A DNA stretch of 59,040 nucleotides, the filler included. It is 4 parts of 4 records of this genome, joined end to end, with 100 filler letters (N's around TTAATTAATTAA, not from the genome) between each part and the next. Parts side by side here need not be neighbours in the genome. Positions count along the whole stretch, not along the records: positions 28,546 to 35,417 come from SRR20825019_1672; positions 35,518 to 59,040 come from SRR20825019_1674; 2 more parts are not named here. One strand, given 5' to 3'. A program made the position numbers and the translations under genes. Under the pieces are notes generated by a model. It had not been told where the DNA came from. It worked only from the letters and a program-made list of their open reading frames with translations, and made no database searches. Positions 31,501 through 44,799 of this stretch are shown piece after piece (positions within the stretch are counted from its first letter, which is position 1; each line of letters opens with the position of its first letter).

Positions 31501-34500
31501 TCACTTGGCCTGTCATTTGACCAGAAACTAGCCGTCGCACAGTCCCTCCTTAACGACGAGCTTTACACCGCCCACTACGACCTCTTCTGCCGCCTCCAAC
31601 AGCAGGTGCTATCTATTTCATCTGTCGGCCAAGACGTGGATGCTCTCTACGACTCAGTCCAGCGGCTAGCTCTTGCCACTGTCATCCTTGGCTTGCTGGT
31701 TGTAGTCTTCGCCATGCTTATGTTCCGTGCCTACCACCACACCAGTAGGGGTGTATCAGGTGTTGTTGCTAAGGTGGGTGCTACCATAACAGGAATCCTA
31801 ATGTTGTTCGTCGTCATCCTCACCGCCATCTCGTGGTCCCACGTGCATACCGTCATGCACTCGTATGGTGTGGTCACCGACCTAGGAAAGGTCCGCAACA
31901 CTACCACCGCATCAATGGTGCTCCCTCTCATCCACAGCCGGGCATACGCCCAATTCGGAGCCAAGCTGTACTTCCACCGATTCACAAGCACTGTCACTGA
32001 TGACCTTCTCGACGACGGCCTCGATGTAGTGAGGGGGGCATTGCTCACAGGAGGGGAGGCTAGTGTTGAGCTTCTCAATGACATAGTGGCGGCCCGCCGT
32101 CGCAGTGATGCGGTGCGGGTACAGCTGGATGCATCCATCCTACTTGCCTCCTGGGGGTACTACGGATCTAACTCCACAGACGACTCGGGAGGGTCAGGGA
32201 ACTCACTGGGTGTTAGGGAGCTCTACGCGGCAGGTTCGTATGCCTACAGCCGAGAATATGAGAGTGACTACGAGACAGACATGCTACGCTTCGGCGTGGG
32301 CCCGACCCTCTACTCCAACTCCACCTTCGACCGCTACAACCTCACCAATGCCGAGCAGATCTACCTAGCTAAACACAATGTAGCCAGCGTCCGTATGCTG
32401 CTAAACGTCCAGAGTCTCCGGGCCCGTATCGACAGCGTGGTAGACGGTGCCATCTTCACCTTTGTGTCCCTGGCCGACAATAGCGCTGCTGCCCTGAGGA
32501 CAATGGCCACCGCGTCCATTATTGCCGGTATTATATTAATATTCATAGGCTCCTTGTGCGGTATGTTGGGCGTGTTCGAAACAATGCAGCGCAGCTTCTC
32601 CACCACATGGGTCTCATCGGGCGGCACTGCGAGGCAGTCTGATGTGACCACATCCGATGCCAACGGGGAGGGTCGTACGGCTCTATTTGCCAATGTAGTC
32701 TTCAAAACCAGGATCGCCCTTATCATCGTCTCCTTCATGTTTGCCTTGTTGTATTGTGTGGACATCGTGTCTATGGTGTCATCCTTGCAGCGGCCCCATC
32801 GCATCAACCTGGCCTCCTCCCAGGAGGTACGCCTTGTGCGGTCTATGGTCCTCACACAGAATGCCTTCCAGGGCATCGTCACCGACACCCCTACTGTCCA
32901 GAGTATATCCGAATCCAGTAACGTAATGACCACTGAGCGGTACGAGCTATACTTAGGCCCCATTGGGGGTGGTCGCTTCGATGTCGGCCCCAACCCCGAG
33001 TACCTATTCGGCAACATGGTATACGACCAACAACAGTATAAGAGCGATTGTGCATTCCGCACAGCAAATGTTAATATTGTTGGTAACAACCCCGCGGCCC
33101 TTCCTGTTCTCTCGTCCTTGGCACCGTATGGTACTACGCTACCCACCACAGTAAGCACCGCCTTTATGTCTCTTGGGGTGGAGGATGCCGTCACACAATG
33201 GCTAGCAGCCTTCAACACCATCGTAACCGCACTAAGCGAGAAGGGTTCACTGACAATACCGTCTCTCATAGCTGTCTGGCGCAACCCCCTCGTGGCTACA
33301 CTAAAACTTGTGGTCGACGGCCTCAGCGATTCCACTACCATGTTTGTGGATGCTGCTGACGATCGCAACAATGTCTACCGAGATATACGATCTGCCATCA
33401 CAGCCGTGGTCCTAGCTATTATTGTCATTGAGCTCGTTTTCGTCTTCCGCCCGATGATATCCCTTCTCATCAAGGAAGAGGAGGGCACCAAGCTTCTCCT
33501 GAGAATGATCCCCGAGCAGGTCCGCCTCGAAGTCCCTGCAATCGCCGAGTATCTAGAAACCGGTGCCGTAACCCAGAATGAGAAGCTCCAGAAGATCAAT
33601 GAGGTGGTAACCGAAATGTCAACCGTATCCCTGATTGTTTGCAATAGTAAGGGTGTTATCGAGGGGGCGTCCCAAGCGGCATTGGAGGAGTTTGGATACC
33701 TCTCCTCGGACCTCCTCGGTCATAATGTAAAGATGCTCATGCCTGACTCCGTCGCACAACGCCACGATGCTTACCTAGCGCGGTATCGACAAACTGGAAT
33801 AAAGAGGGTAATCGACCGATCAAGGCGTGTTACGGCCTGTCGCAAGGACGGCTCCTCCTTCGTAGCCGAGATCCTCATAAGGGAGTTTAACCGCCACGGT
33901 GCCGAAAGTACGTACCTAGGCTTTATTCGAAATGCCACCGCTGAAGTTGAATTCGAGAAGGTAACCCGCATCAACGAGGCTGTCTCCGAGATGTCCAACA
34001 CTCCTGTCGTCGTCATCGACCCCAAGGGCTATATCCGCCGCGTGAACAAGGCCGCCACAGATACCTTTGGATTCACATCCGCTGAGTTAATAGGTGAGAA
34101 TGTAACCACCCTGATGCCCCGTGATATTGCGAGAGAGCACGATGAGTACCTGGAAGAGTACCAACGTACAAAGCGTAAGACGGTAGTGGGGGCTAGCCGC
34201 ACCCTTAGGGCCCGCCGTAAGACGGGGGAGATCTTCCCCATGGAACTCACGGTGCGGGAGCTATCCGACGATAAGGGTACCTCCCAGTATTTTATCGGAT
34301 ATATCAAGGATATCACCCCCCAGCTACGATTTAGCCAGAGTGTGTTGTCCAACGAGGCCATCATCGAGATCAGTCCCACCCCCGTCGTAGGCATCCTGCC
34401 CTCGGGTGAGATCAACCTCTTCTCCCCCGCAGCCCAGGCAGCATGGGGGTACGACCACGACGAAGTAATGGGTCAGAACGTATCCATGCTTATGAACGAC

Positions 34501-35417
34501 GAAGACGCCGAGCACCACAACGATTACCTACTACGGTACCAGCGAACACGAGAGAAGAGGGTCATTGGCCACACGCAGATGTTCAAGGGTAAGCGTAAGA
34601 GTGGGGAGTTGTTCCTGTTGGAGGCCAATATTCAGGAGGTGCAGCGGGCCGACCATGTTATCTACATAGGGTTTATGAGGGACCTTACCGATGAGCGGTA
34701 CTCCCGCCATGGTGCCCGCACATACCGAGCAATGTTCCTATCTACCCCTGCTGCCGTGGTGGTCACCGACGAGCTAGGCTCCGTGACACATTTTAACCCT
34801 GCTGCAGAGAAGCTACTGGGGTACATGTACGATCAAGTGGTCGGTCACAATGTCAAGATGCTGATGCCTGACGATCTGGCCTTTGCACACGATGCCCACA
34901 TGGAGCGGTACAACCAAACCGGCATCAAGTCGGTACTGGGCCAGCGACGCCGTACCGTAGCCAGACATGCCAATGGGGACACCCTTACCGTCGAGCTGCA
35001 GGTACACGAGTTGACCATTCCCGATGCACTATCCGATGCGGGTAGTAGGAAGCAGTACTATGCATACTTCCGAGACGTAGCCGAGGAGGTATCCCTTGCC
35101 AAGGCCAACAGTGCCAACGACGCCATCCTTGCCCTCTGCACCATTCCCATGCTCAGCATCAACAAGTTTGGAAAAGTGCTGGCTATCAATGCGGCAGGAT
35201 CCGCTGCCTTTGGGTACGATGCCGATGAAGTGATTGGAGAAAATGTAAGCATATTGTGCCCTCCCTCCATCGCACCTCACCACGACGGGTACCTCCAACG
35301 GTACCGCGAGACTAGAGCTAAGCGTATTCTTGGCAGTACTCGTACTGTCCACTACAGACGTAAGGACGGTACCCTCGTCCCTGCCGAGATCAAGGTGCAG
35401 GAGGTCGACGTTACCAC
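28546..35417 (+). CDS. Giant TmcB-like multi-pass membrane protein with at least 5 tandem FixL-type PAS domains (partial at both ends, probably eukaryotic)
   Basis: One open frame across the contig. PYY..N.LR TM motif, TPR-like LLKYARFLEQVMLD, several paired TM helices with LFSLIP and LLRMIP linkers, then five G.NV..L[MC]...H..[YH]...Y..T....[VI][GD]..R repeats. Confidence 0.85.
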
Positions 35418-35517
35418 NNNNNNNNNNNNNNNNNNNNNNNNNNNNNNNNNNNNNNNNNNNNTTAATTAATTAANNNNNNNNNNNNNNNNNNNNNNNNNNN
35501 NNNNNNNNNNNNNNNNN
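35418..35517. other. Artificial contig spacer
   Basis: N-run / TTAATTAATTAA / N-run. Confidence 0.98.
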
Positions 35518-35934
35518 TCCTAAAAATGCATATTTAGAATTACTTGCTCACCCTGACATTATAATTCCATAAACTCCTAAAGATGAAATTGCTAATAAGT
35601 ATAATAAACCAACATTTAGGTCAGCTAAAACCATATTTTCACCAAATGGTATTACAGCTCATGTAATTAAACTTAACATAAAGGTAATAATAGGGGCTAA
35701 TAAGAATATTACAATATTTGCGCTACTTGGTAATACTGTTTCTTTTAATAATAATTTTAAACCATCAGCTAAAGGTTGTAATAAACCAAATATACCTACT
35801 ACATTAGGACCTTGACGTTGCTGTATTGCACCAATAACTTTACGCTCAGCTAAAGTCATATAAGCTACTGCAATTAATAATGGTAAAATAATACCTATAA
35901 TTTTTACAACGTTCTCTAAAATAAATAATATCAT
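35518..35934 (-). CDS. nad1: NADH dehydrogenase subunit 1, 3'-truncated (UGA=Trp)
   Basis: [32 protein letters not shown], continuing through TGA to SG(W)[10 protein letters not shown]. Confidence 0.96.
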
Positions 35935-36029
35935 TTTATTTTTTTTTCTTTTTTTTATTTCTATTATATATAAATATCTTATAGATCTCTCATTTATTCT
36001 TATACTAATTAATATTTAAATTAATTTAA

Positions 36030-38147
36030 TTAATAGGCAAAGTTAGATGTTGGGTTTTTAACACATTTTGCCATAATTTTTGAAGATTTACTAATAGAAT
36101 CTGTCATATAAAAATTATCAATATAAGTTGAAAGTGGTGTAGTAAAAATATTACCTTTTCTAAATTTATCAAGTAATGTATAAGTATTAAAAGAATTATT
36201 AGATAAATTACCTGTCTCAAATGGTAAAACAACTGCAAAGTGATCACGAACTTTAGCTAAAGAATTAAAATGGTTTAAAGGGTTAGTATTAATACATAAA
36301 GTAAATATAGTATTAATATCTTTTCAACTATTATTAATCATAGTTAAAGATTTACGTGCTTTTTTAAATTGGTAAATATTTAATTTAACTGTTTCAGATA
36401 AAGCTTTAATAATTTTTCAATCTTCACGAGCTTTTAGTGGAGGTAAAAAAGCAAATTTAGTTGATTGTAAACGTCCTTCTAAGTTTATATAAGTAGCATT
36501 TTTTTCAGTATATGCTGCTCCTGGTAAAATAACATCTGCTCTTTGAGCTAATTTATCACCATGGTGTCCTTGATATATAACAAAAGCGTCTTGTGGAATA
36601 TTGTGTTTTAAAGTATCATCAGCATTTAATAAATAATATACTTTATTTTTATCATTATTGCTGTTATCAATTAAACCTAAGTCAAATGCTGCTACACGGC
36701 TTGCTGCAGTATGTAATATATTTAATTTGATATTATATTTATTTGCTATGGTATTTAAATTATCAAATAAGATATCACCGTCTTTACGTTGTAAAAGGTG
36801 TGTTCCTACTATAATTACTGGATTGTTACTTTGACGTAATAATTTACAGAAACTATGTTTTCCTTCAATAATCTGTAATAAAGTATCAACGTTATTTCCT
36901 AAATGTTGTACAGTATAGGTTAAATCTAAAGGTGTTCCTATTGATGCTACTAATAGATTATTTCTTAAAAAATTTTTACGTAATCGTAAGTTTAGTAATG
37001 GTGCTTCTTTACGTGGGTTTACTCCAATTAATAAACATAAGTCTGCATTTTCTAAATCAGTTAAACTCATCTGATTTACGTAGTTTTCTCTAAAATCTAT
37101 GTTATTGATATTTACTCCATCGTAACGTGATTCAATAGAATTTGATCCTCAACTATTTATTAAAAGTTTTAATAATAGCATTGATTCAGCATCAGCTAAA
37201 GGGCCTACAATTGCTTTAATTTCATTTGATTTAACATTATTTTTATTGAAATAATCATTGATATGATTAAAAACAGTTGGTCAATCAACAGAAGTTAACT
37301 TATTTTCATTATTACGTATCATTGGTGAACTTAGTCTTTGTCTACGTAAACCATCATATGAAAAGCGTGCTTTATCTGAGATTCATTCTTCATTAATGCT
37401 TTCATTAAGACGAGGTAGAATTCTCATAATATCTGAACCTCGTGTGTCAATTCTGATATTACTACCTAAAGCATCTAATACATCTATCGATTCAATACTT
37501 TTTAATTCTCAAGAACGAGCAGTAAATGCATAGGGTTTAGAAGTAAGAGCTCCAACTGGACATAAATCAATTACATTTCCAGATAATTCTGAATCAAAAG
37601 TTTTTTCTACATAAGTTCCAATTTCAGTATCTCTACCACGACCAGTAGTACCTAAAATTTCTACTCCTGCGATTTCTGAAGCAAAACGAACACAACGTGT
37701 ACAGTGAATACATCTAGTCATAATAGTTTTAATCAAAGGACCACAGTTTTTATCTTCAACACCTCTTTTATATTCATAAAAACGACCACGGTCACTTCCA
37801 TAAATTAAAGCTTGATCTTGTAAATCACACTCTCCTCCTTGATCACAAATAGGACAGTCTAAAGGATGGTTAACTAATAAAAACTCTAATACACCTTCGC
37901 GGGCTTTTTTAACTAAACTAGTATTAGTATATACTTTCATTCCTTCCATAACAGGCATAGCACATGAAGCTATTGGTTTAGGAGATTTTTCAACCTCTAC
38001 TAAACACATTCTACAATTACCAGCAATTGATAATCGTTCATGATAACAGAATCTAGGAATAAATACATTGGCAGTTTCACAAGCTTGTAAAATGGTACAA
38101 CCTGCTTCAACTTCTACTGCTTTGTCATTTATAAAAATATTAACCAT
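36030..38147 (-). CDS. nad11: NADH dehydrogenase subunit 11 (NuoG), full length 705 aa (UGA=Trp)
   Basis: [54 protein letters not shown]-terminal [12 protein letters not shown]. Both ORF-track pieces share one frame. Confidence 0.95.
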
Positions 38148-38309
38148 TTTTATTTATATTATATATATATATGTTAAATTTTTAAATTATTCTAATAGAT
38201 ATCCATCTAAAATAGTACTATTTTATATCCAAAAAACAATTTATAAACTTTTAAATAAAAAAATTGGTATTAAAAATTTAAAGTGTATAACTTGTTAAAC
38301 GATAACATT

Positions 38310-38382
38310 TCAGAGTGATGTGACTTGAACACATGACCTCCTGTTCCCAAAACAGATGCGCTACCGACTGCGCCACACTCTG
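38310..38382 (-). tRNA. trnP: tRNA-Pro(UGG)
   Basis: CAGAGTG/CACTCTG acceptor stem, anticodon loop TT-TGG-GA, TTCAAGT T-loop. Confidence 0.93.
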
Positions 38383-38509
38383 GTTTACTATAATAACTTT
38401 TACAATACTTTAAATATATATTTTTTATATAAACATTATTAGTAATAAATAAAATATTGCAAAAGTTAAAATTACTTATTATTAAATATTGATTATGTAA
38501 GTGTTATAA

Positions 38510-39313
38510 TTACGCACCTCCTCATCAATAAACAGCTACAAATAAGAATAATCATACTACATCAACAAAATGTCAGTATCAAGCAGCAGCTTCGAAACCA
38601 AAATGGTGTTGCTTAGTAAAATGATAACGTACTTGTCTTCCTAAACAAACAGCTAAAAATAAACTACCTACAATTACGTGGAATCCGTGGAATCCTGTAG
38701 CTAAGAAGAAGGTTGAACCGTAAACACTATCAGAAATAGTAAAGGTTGCTTCTTGGTATTCTACACCTTGTAATGCAGTAAATAATACAGCTAAAATTAA
38801 AGTAGCTACTAGTGCTGAAATTACTTGATCACGTCTACCTGCAACAATTGCGTGGTGAGCTCAAGTACAAGTTGCACCTGAAGTTAATAAAATTAAAGTG
38901 TTTAAGAATGGTACTTCTCAAGGGTTAAAAGGTTGAATACCTTTTGGTGGTCAAATTGAACCAATATCAACAGTTGGAGCTAAAGCTGAGTGGAAAAAAG
39001 CTCAAAAAAAGCTAAAAAAGAACATTACTTCTGATATAATAAATAAAATCATACCATAACGTAAACCAAGTTGTACATCAACAGTATGGTGTCCTTCAAA
39101 GGTTCCTTCTCTAATTACATCTCTTCATCAGATAGCCATTGCACCTGTAGTAAAGATTAAACCAAAAGTTAACATAAATCCTCCGCCTGAATATCCCTGC
39201 ATATACATTACTCCTCCTCCAGTTAAAGTTAATGCACCAATTGATGTAATTAATGGTCAAGGACTAGGATCAACAATATGAAAAGGATGACGTTGTGAAA
39301 TTGCTTGAGTCAT
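38510..39313 (-). CDS. cox3: Cytochrome c oxidase subunit 3 (UGA=Trp)
   Basis: [11 protein letters not shown](W)[19 protein letters not shown](W)Y(W)HFVDVV(W); missing from the ORF track because of TGA codons. Confidence 0.96.
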
Positions 39314-39431
39314 AAGTTAATCTATTTTAATATATTTTTTAAATATAAATATTAAAAATTATTTATATAAAATTTTAACACGAAAATAAATATATATATA
39401 CATATCTGTAATATATACTTATTATTTTTAT

Positions 39432-39504
39432 TAGTGGAAGAGGGACTTGAACCCCCGATATATGGATTATGATTCCATCGTTTTACCAACTAAACTATCC
39501 CACC
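39432..39504 (-). tRNA. trnM: tRNA with CAU anticodon (probably elongator Met)
   Basis: GGTGGGA/TTCCACT acceptor, ATGGA-at-CAT-aa-TCCAT anticodon arm. It lacks the initiator GGG/CCC stem; lysidine-modified Ile is not excluded. Confidence 0.85.
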
Positions 39505-39800
39505 ATAAAAAAAAGTTTTTATATAAAAACAATATAAAGGCATGCATATTATAATATAAACCCAAAAATAAATTTTACATAATAATATATAAACTAATAT
39601 ATATTATTACGTAAATATTTTATTAATTGTTCACATACAAATAATGTATTTTAGAACATTTATTTAAAATAATAAAGTATTTTAACTTATAATATATATT
39701 ATATATCATAAGTTAAAAATTTTATCTAAAAATAATGTTATATAACCTTAACTTAATATCTTAATGAAATTATAGTTAATGTTTATTAATGAATAATTTA

Positions 39801-40028
39801 TTAACTTCCAAATAAGATTAAGAAAGCCATCATTAATGCGAATAGACCAATTGCTTCAGTTAATGCGAAACCTAAGATAGTATATCCAAATAATTGTTTT
39901 GCTAAAGAAGGGTTACGAGCTACTGATGAAATATATGCTGAGAATACTGAACCGATTCCTACACCTACTCCTGCTAATGCGATAGTAGCTAATCCTGCTC
40001 CAACTAATTGTGCGCTTTTAAGTAACAT
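39801..40028 (-). CDS. atp9: ATP synthase subunit c
   Basis: [17 protein letters not shown]...ARNP...[12 protein letters not shown]. Confidence 0.97.
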   Translation of the reverse strand: MLLKSAQLVGAGLATIALAGVGVGIGSVFSAYISSVARNPSLAKQLFGYTILGFALTEAIGLFALMMAFLILFGS

Positions 40029-40206
40029 AGTTGTTATTATAATTTATTTTTGCTAATATTTTTATATTATATTATAATTTGTTGAAGAAACTTGTCTTCT
40101 TATATAGCCTATACTATAATACAATATACTTCTAAAATACCTTATCAAATATTAAATTATAGAAATTAAAAATGATAATTATTTATAATTAAACGGTTAT
40201 AATATA

Positions 40207-42420
40207 TTATAATTTTATATTATACTCTTTAAAATAATTTTTATAGAACCAAGTTATATTATTTGTAGATAAATTTAATTTATTAAGAATATATAAACCA
40301 CCAAATACCATAACTAATGAACCTAGTCATATAAAACTTACAGTAGGCTGTCAATATATTTTAACAAATCATCCACTTTTTATATTCCCATCACCAATTA
40401 CTACATATAGATCATTGAATAAGTTAGTCTGAATAGAAGCTTTAGTAGTAAAAATATTTTGTATAAGATAAAGGCGTTTTTCAGGAAATAATGAACACAG
40501 AGTATTATCTATATTTTCTTTATAAATCAAGAAATTAGCATATATTGAGTTATAATTAGGAGCTTCAACTAAATTAAAATGGCGTAAAACATAATGATAA
40601 TCATTTAGTATTATACTTTCACCATAGTTTATAATTTGATTTATTTCTTGATAGAAATTAGTAGATATAATAACTCCCAAAATTATAATACTAAAACCTA
40701 AATGCGAAATTATAAATTGAGAATTTCCTAATGAACTACTATTACTATATACGTATACTAAATTTAATATTAACATAAAACTAAATACTAAATTTAATTG
40801 TGTAATATAACTCATTTTATCTAGTAAACTAAAATATTCATTAATAACATTATCATTTGATAAATCTAAAAGTTTAAACATTATGGTAATCTTTAATATT
40901 ATAAAACTAATGATAATAGATAAATTAAACGTAATTATATTTTTATTTATGAATAAATTTTCAATATTATAATTATTCTTAGTTGATCATCTCAGTAAAG
41001 GTCCAAATATCATTAATATTATAAATGGAATAAATAATGGTATTAATAAGTCATTATAAAATGCATTTCCTAAAGATATATCTCTGTTTGATATCATTAG
41101 AAATAATACAGGTGTAATTGTGCCTAAAAAAATAAATACACTAAAAAAACTTAAAAAAGCACTATTAAGTACAATAAACCCTTCACGTGATATTAATGAA
41201 AAAAATTTATCACTTTTATAATTGTTGTATTTAAATATTATTAATAAAGAATAACTCATAATCGATAATACAATTATGATTAAAAGTAAAAATAGTCCAC
41301 GGCCTGAATCATTTGCAAAAGAATGAACTGAGTTTAATAAACCTGATCTAACAAAGAAAGTTCCAATTAAACTAGATATAAATGTAGTAATAGATAAAAA
41401 AAAGGTCCAATTTAATAGTACCTTTTTTCTTATTGAAGAAATTACAGTATGTAGTAAAGCTGTACTAAACAACCAAGGTATTAATGATGCATTTTCTACA
41501 GGATCCCAGAATCATCAACCACCTCACCCTAATTCATAATAAGCTCACCAACTACCTAAAAATATACCAAATGTTAAAAAAATTCAACTTATTAAATTGA
41601 ATAATCGTATCATTGATAATGAATTATCTAAGAATACATAGTTCATCTTAGTATCTAGATAATCAACTTTCTTATTCAAACCTCAACTAAACAGTATAGT
41701 AGTTAATGATATTGAAAAAGTTATTAAAAAACCTAAATAACCACAATATATTAATGGAGGGTGGATTAATAAAACAGGGTCCTGTAATATAGGGTTTAAA
41801 TCAGAACCATTAACTGAATAAAATAATAGTGATAAGAATGGGTTGGATGTGTATAATATAAATATAACAAAAAATAATATTATTAAGTGATTTATAATTA
41901 ATGTATTATTGTAAATCTTATATAATAATTGCTTTTTACTTATAATAGAAAATAAAAAATTGTAAAAACTAAGTATTCATAGTCATAATAACATTGACCC
42001 TTCATGGTTACCCCATAATGAACAAACTTTGTAAAAAAATGGCTGATTATTATGTGAATTGTCAAAAACATTTATATAAAAAAAGTTTGATAATAAAAAT
42101 TGATAACACATATATAGATAACACGATGTTATTATTATGAAAACAATAGAAGAAACTGTTTTATGAAATTTATTATACAATTGTCAATTTTCAGGATTTA
42201 TGTTATATTTTTCAATATGATTATGTATATCGCCTTTACTTGTTCTATTATTATTGATTTTTATGTTTATATTATAATAAATTATTTTTTTATAGATATA
42301 TTTTCATATATTAAAATACGATAATGTTTTAAAAATAAATATAGTAAATAAGTATATTACTAATAATATCAATACTGTATTTAATCCAAAACTACCTCAG
42401 TCGATATAATAATTAAACAT
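40207..42420 (-). CDS. ccmF: Cytochrome c maturation protein CcmF, single unsplit gene of about 737 aa (UGA=Trp)
   Basis: WGNHEGSMLL(W), LNPILQDP..IHPP, W-rich AYYELG(W)GG(WW)FWDPVENAS, VRSGLLNSVHSFA. Three ORF-track fragments share one frame. Confidence 0.93.
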
Positions 42421-42442
42421 ATTATTGTTTTTAATATTTATT

Positions 42443-43273
42443 TTAAGATTTATTATCTATTCGTGATATTGATTTTGATAAGATTTCAATTTTCTTTTTA
42501 AGGATTTCTATGCGTATTAAGTATAAATATATTAGTAATACGTAAGCTAAGCATGCTATAAACATTAGAATTAACGGTATTAACATAACAAAATTAATAG
42601 TACTACCAAATTCTGTTACACTTGCTGGTTGATGTAATGTATTTCATCAATCTACTGAAAATTTAATTATTGGTATATTTAATAAACCAAATATAGCTAA
42701 TATTGAAGGTATAGTAGGTGAAATAGCATCTTTTTTTGATAAAGTTGAAAGGATAATAAAACTAATATATATAAAAAATAAAACTAGTACAGATGTTAAT
42801 CGAGCATCTCAAACCCAATAAGTTCCCCACATAGGTATTCCTCATAAAGATCCAGTAACTAAAGTTATAATAGTAAACACACTACCAATGATAGCACTTA
42901 TATCTGATATATATAATGCTAGGGGATGTTTAGTTATCAAAAATATAAAACAATTAAAACTAAGTGAACAGTATAGTAATAATGAAACTCAAGCACTAGG
43001 TACATGAATAAACATAATACGGTAATATTCACCTTGTCTTAAGTCTGTAGGTGAATGTCATAGACTGAAATATAAACCAATTAAAAAAAGGCAAATAGTA
43101 ATGAATAGAATAAATGGTATTAAATACTTACTAATTTTTAATAGCATATTTGCTTTAAAAATATCATAATTATTTGCAGCAAAATTATCTAACTCAATAG
43201 TATTATTATCTATATTTTTATTTGATTTATCTTTTTCATTAATTTCTGTTTTTTCTGGTAAATTTTTATTCAT
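42443..43273 (-). CDS. ccmC: Heme chaperone-loading protein CcmC (UGA=Trp)
   Basis: QGEYYRIMFIHVP, (W)GIPMWGTYWV(W)DARLTS, SVD(WW)NTLHQP. Confidence 0.94.
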
Positions 43274-43395
43274 TTTTTTTTATTTGTTATAATAATTAAA
43301 TTATAAGTTTATTATATAGTTCAATAAATTTTATTAATAGACCTATTAAAATGATAATACACTATTTTATATCTAATTTATAATTAATTTTATTC

Positions 43396-44061
43396 TTATA
43401 TATTCTTAATTATAAATATAATTACAAAAGGCAATGTAGTACTTATCATTAAACATAAACCTATTAATATTATAAGTTGAGGCAATCATGTACTTATTAA
43501 CATAGTATTGATAATTTGAAGATAATTTAAAGAGATTATAGTAACCGGAATATAGGAAGGTATCAATAATAATCCTATTAAATTATTTCTATTATCAAAT
43601 AATAATGTTATCAAGTTAACTAAAGTACTTATACTATGTAATATAAAGCTTGTTATAGTTATTACTATAAATAGTGCATTTAAACTTATGTGATCAAAAT
43701 GTAAGGTTAGTCTAATTAAAGGTGTTATTAATAGAAAAGGAATTATAATAGATAATCAGTTAATTGTATTTTTTATCCATATTATAATTGGTAAATTTTG
43801 TGTACTAAGAAAATATTGATGTAATAGACCTAATTTATGATCATCTTTGTAAATTGTATTTTGAGATGTTATATGAATAAGTATAAGAGCTAATCAAAAA
43901 AGGTTAATTCCCATTTGTGATAATATCTTAATATCGGGTGTTATTACAAATGGAAAAAATAATGATAAAAATAGAATGAATATTAGCGATATAAAAAGTT
44001 GTTCAATATTTTTTTTATACAAATTAAATTCAATTAATATTAAATTGATATAATATTTCAT
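43396..44061 (-). CDS. ccmB: ABC permease CcmB, 221 aa (UGA=Trp)
   Basis: Hydrophobic ORF between ccmA and ccmC; LFFPF, KDDHKLGLLHQYFLS, KNTIN(W), LIPSYIPV; size and position fit CcmB. Confidence 0.8.
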
Positions 44062-44105
44062 TTATAATATATTTTTATAGTATATAGTTTTTTATCTATA
44101 TGATT

Positions 44106-44726
44106 TTATAATTGTATTGAAAGTGATTTGGGTATATTAATATTACTATGTGTAGCTATTATAACTATACCTCCGTTCATTCTATGTATATTTATTATTT
44201 TTTCTAACAATTTAATAGAGTTTTTATCTAAATTTGTCACAGGCTCATCTAAAATTCAAATTCTTTTTTTAACTAATAACAGTTTTGATAATGTTAACTT
44301 TCGTTGTTGTCCTTGTGATAAATTATTATAGATGTTTGTATTATTTATATTTAGATTAAATATATGTAATACATAATTAATCGAATAATATAGATTATTT
44401 TTAGTATATATATTTACTATATTATTTAGATTTTCTTTTATAGTAAAATTGGGCCTTAATTCTGGTTTTTCATCTACTAATGTTGTAATTAAATGAAAAT
44501 TTTTTAATAATAATACATTATTAAATATAGAACTATTACAAAATCAAATTGTTCCTAATGTTACTGGTATAAAATTAACTATTAGCTTTAAAAGTGTTGA
44601 TTTTCCACTTCCATTAGACCCAAATAAAATTAAACATCCACCCCTTTTAAGAGAGAAGTTTAAATTTTTTATAATTTTATAAGTGTTTCTTATAAAAGTA
44701 ATTCCAATAGCTTCAATTATAGTCAT
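44106..44726 (-). CDS. ccmA: ABC ATPase CcmA, 206 aa (UGA=Trp)
   Basis: GSNGSGKSTLL, LSQGQQRK, (W)ILDEP, GGIVIIATH. Confidence 0.9.
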
Positions 44727-44799
44727 AATTTATTAAAAAATAGTTAATATAATATATATATAATAAATAATAGAATACTTAATAAAAGATTCTATATAT

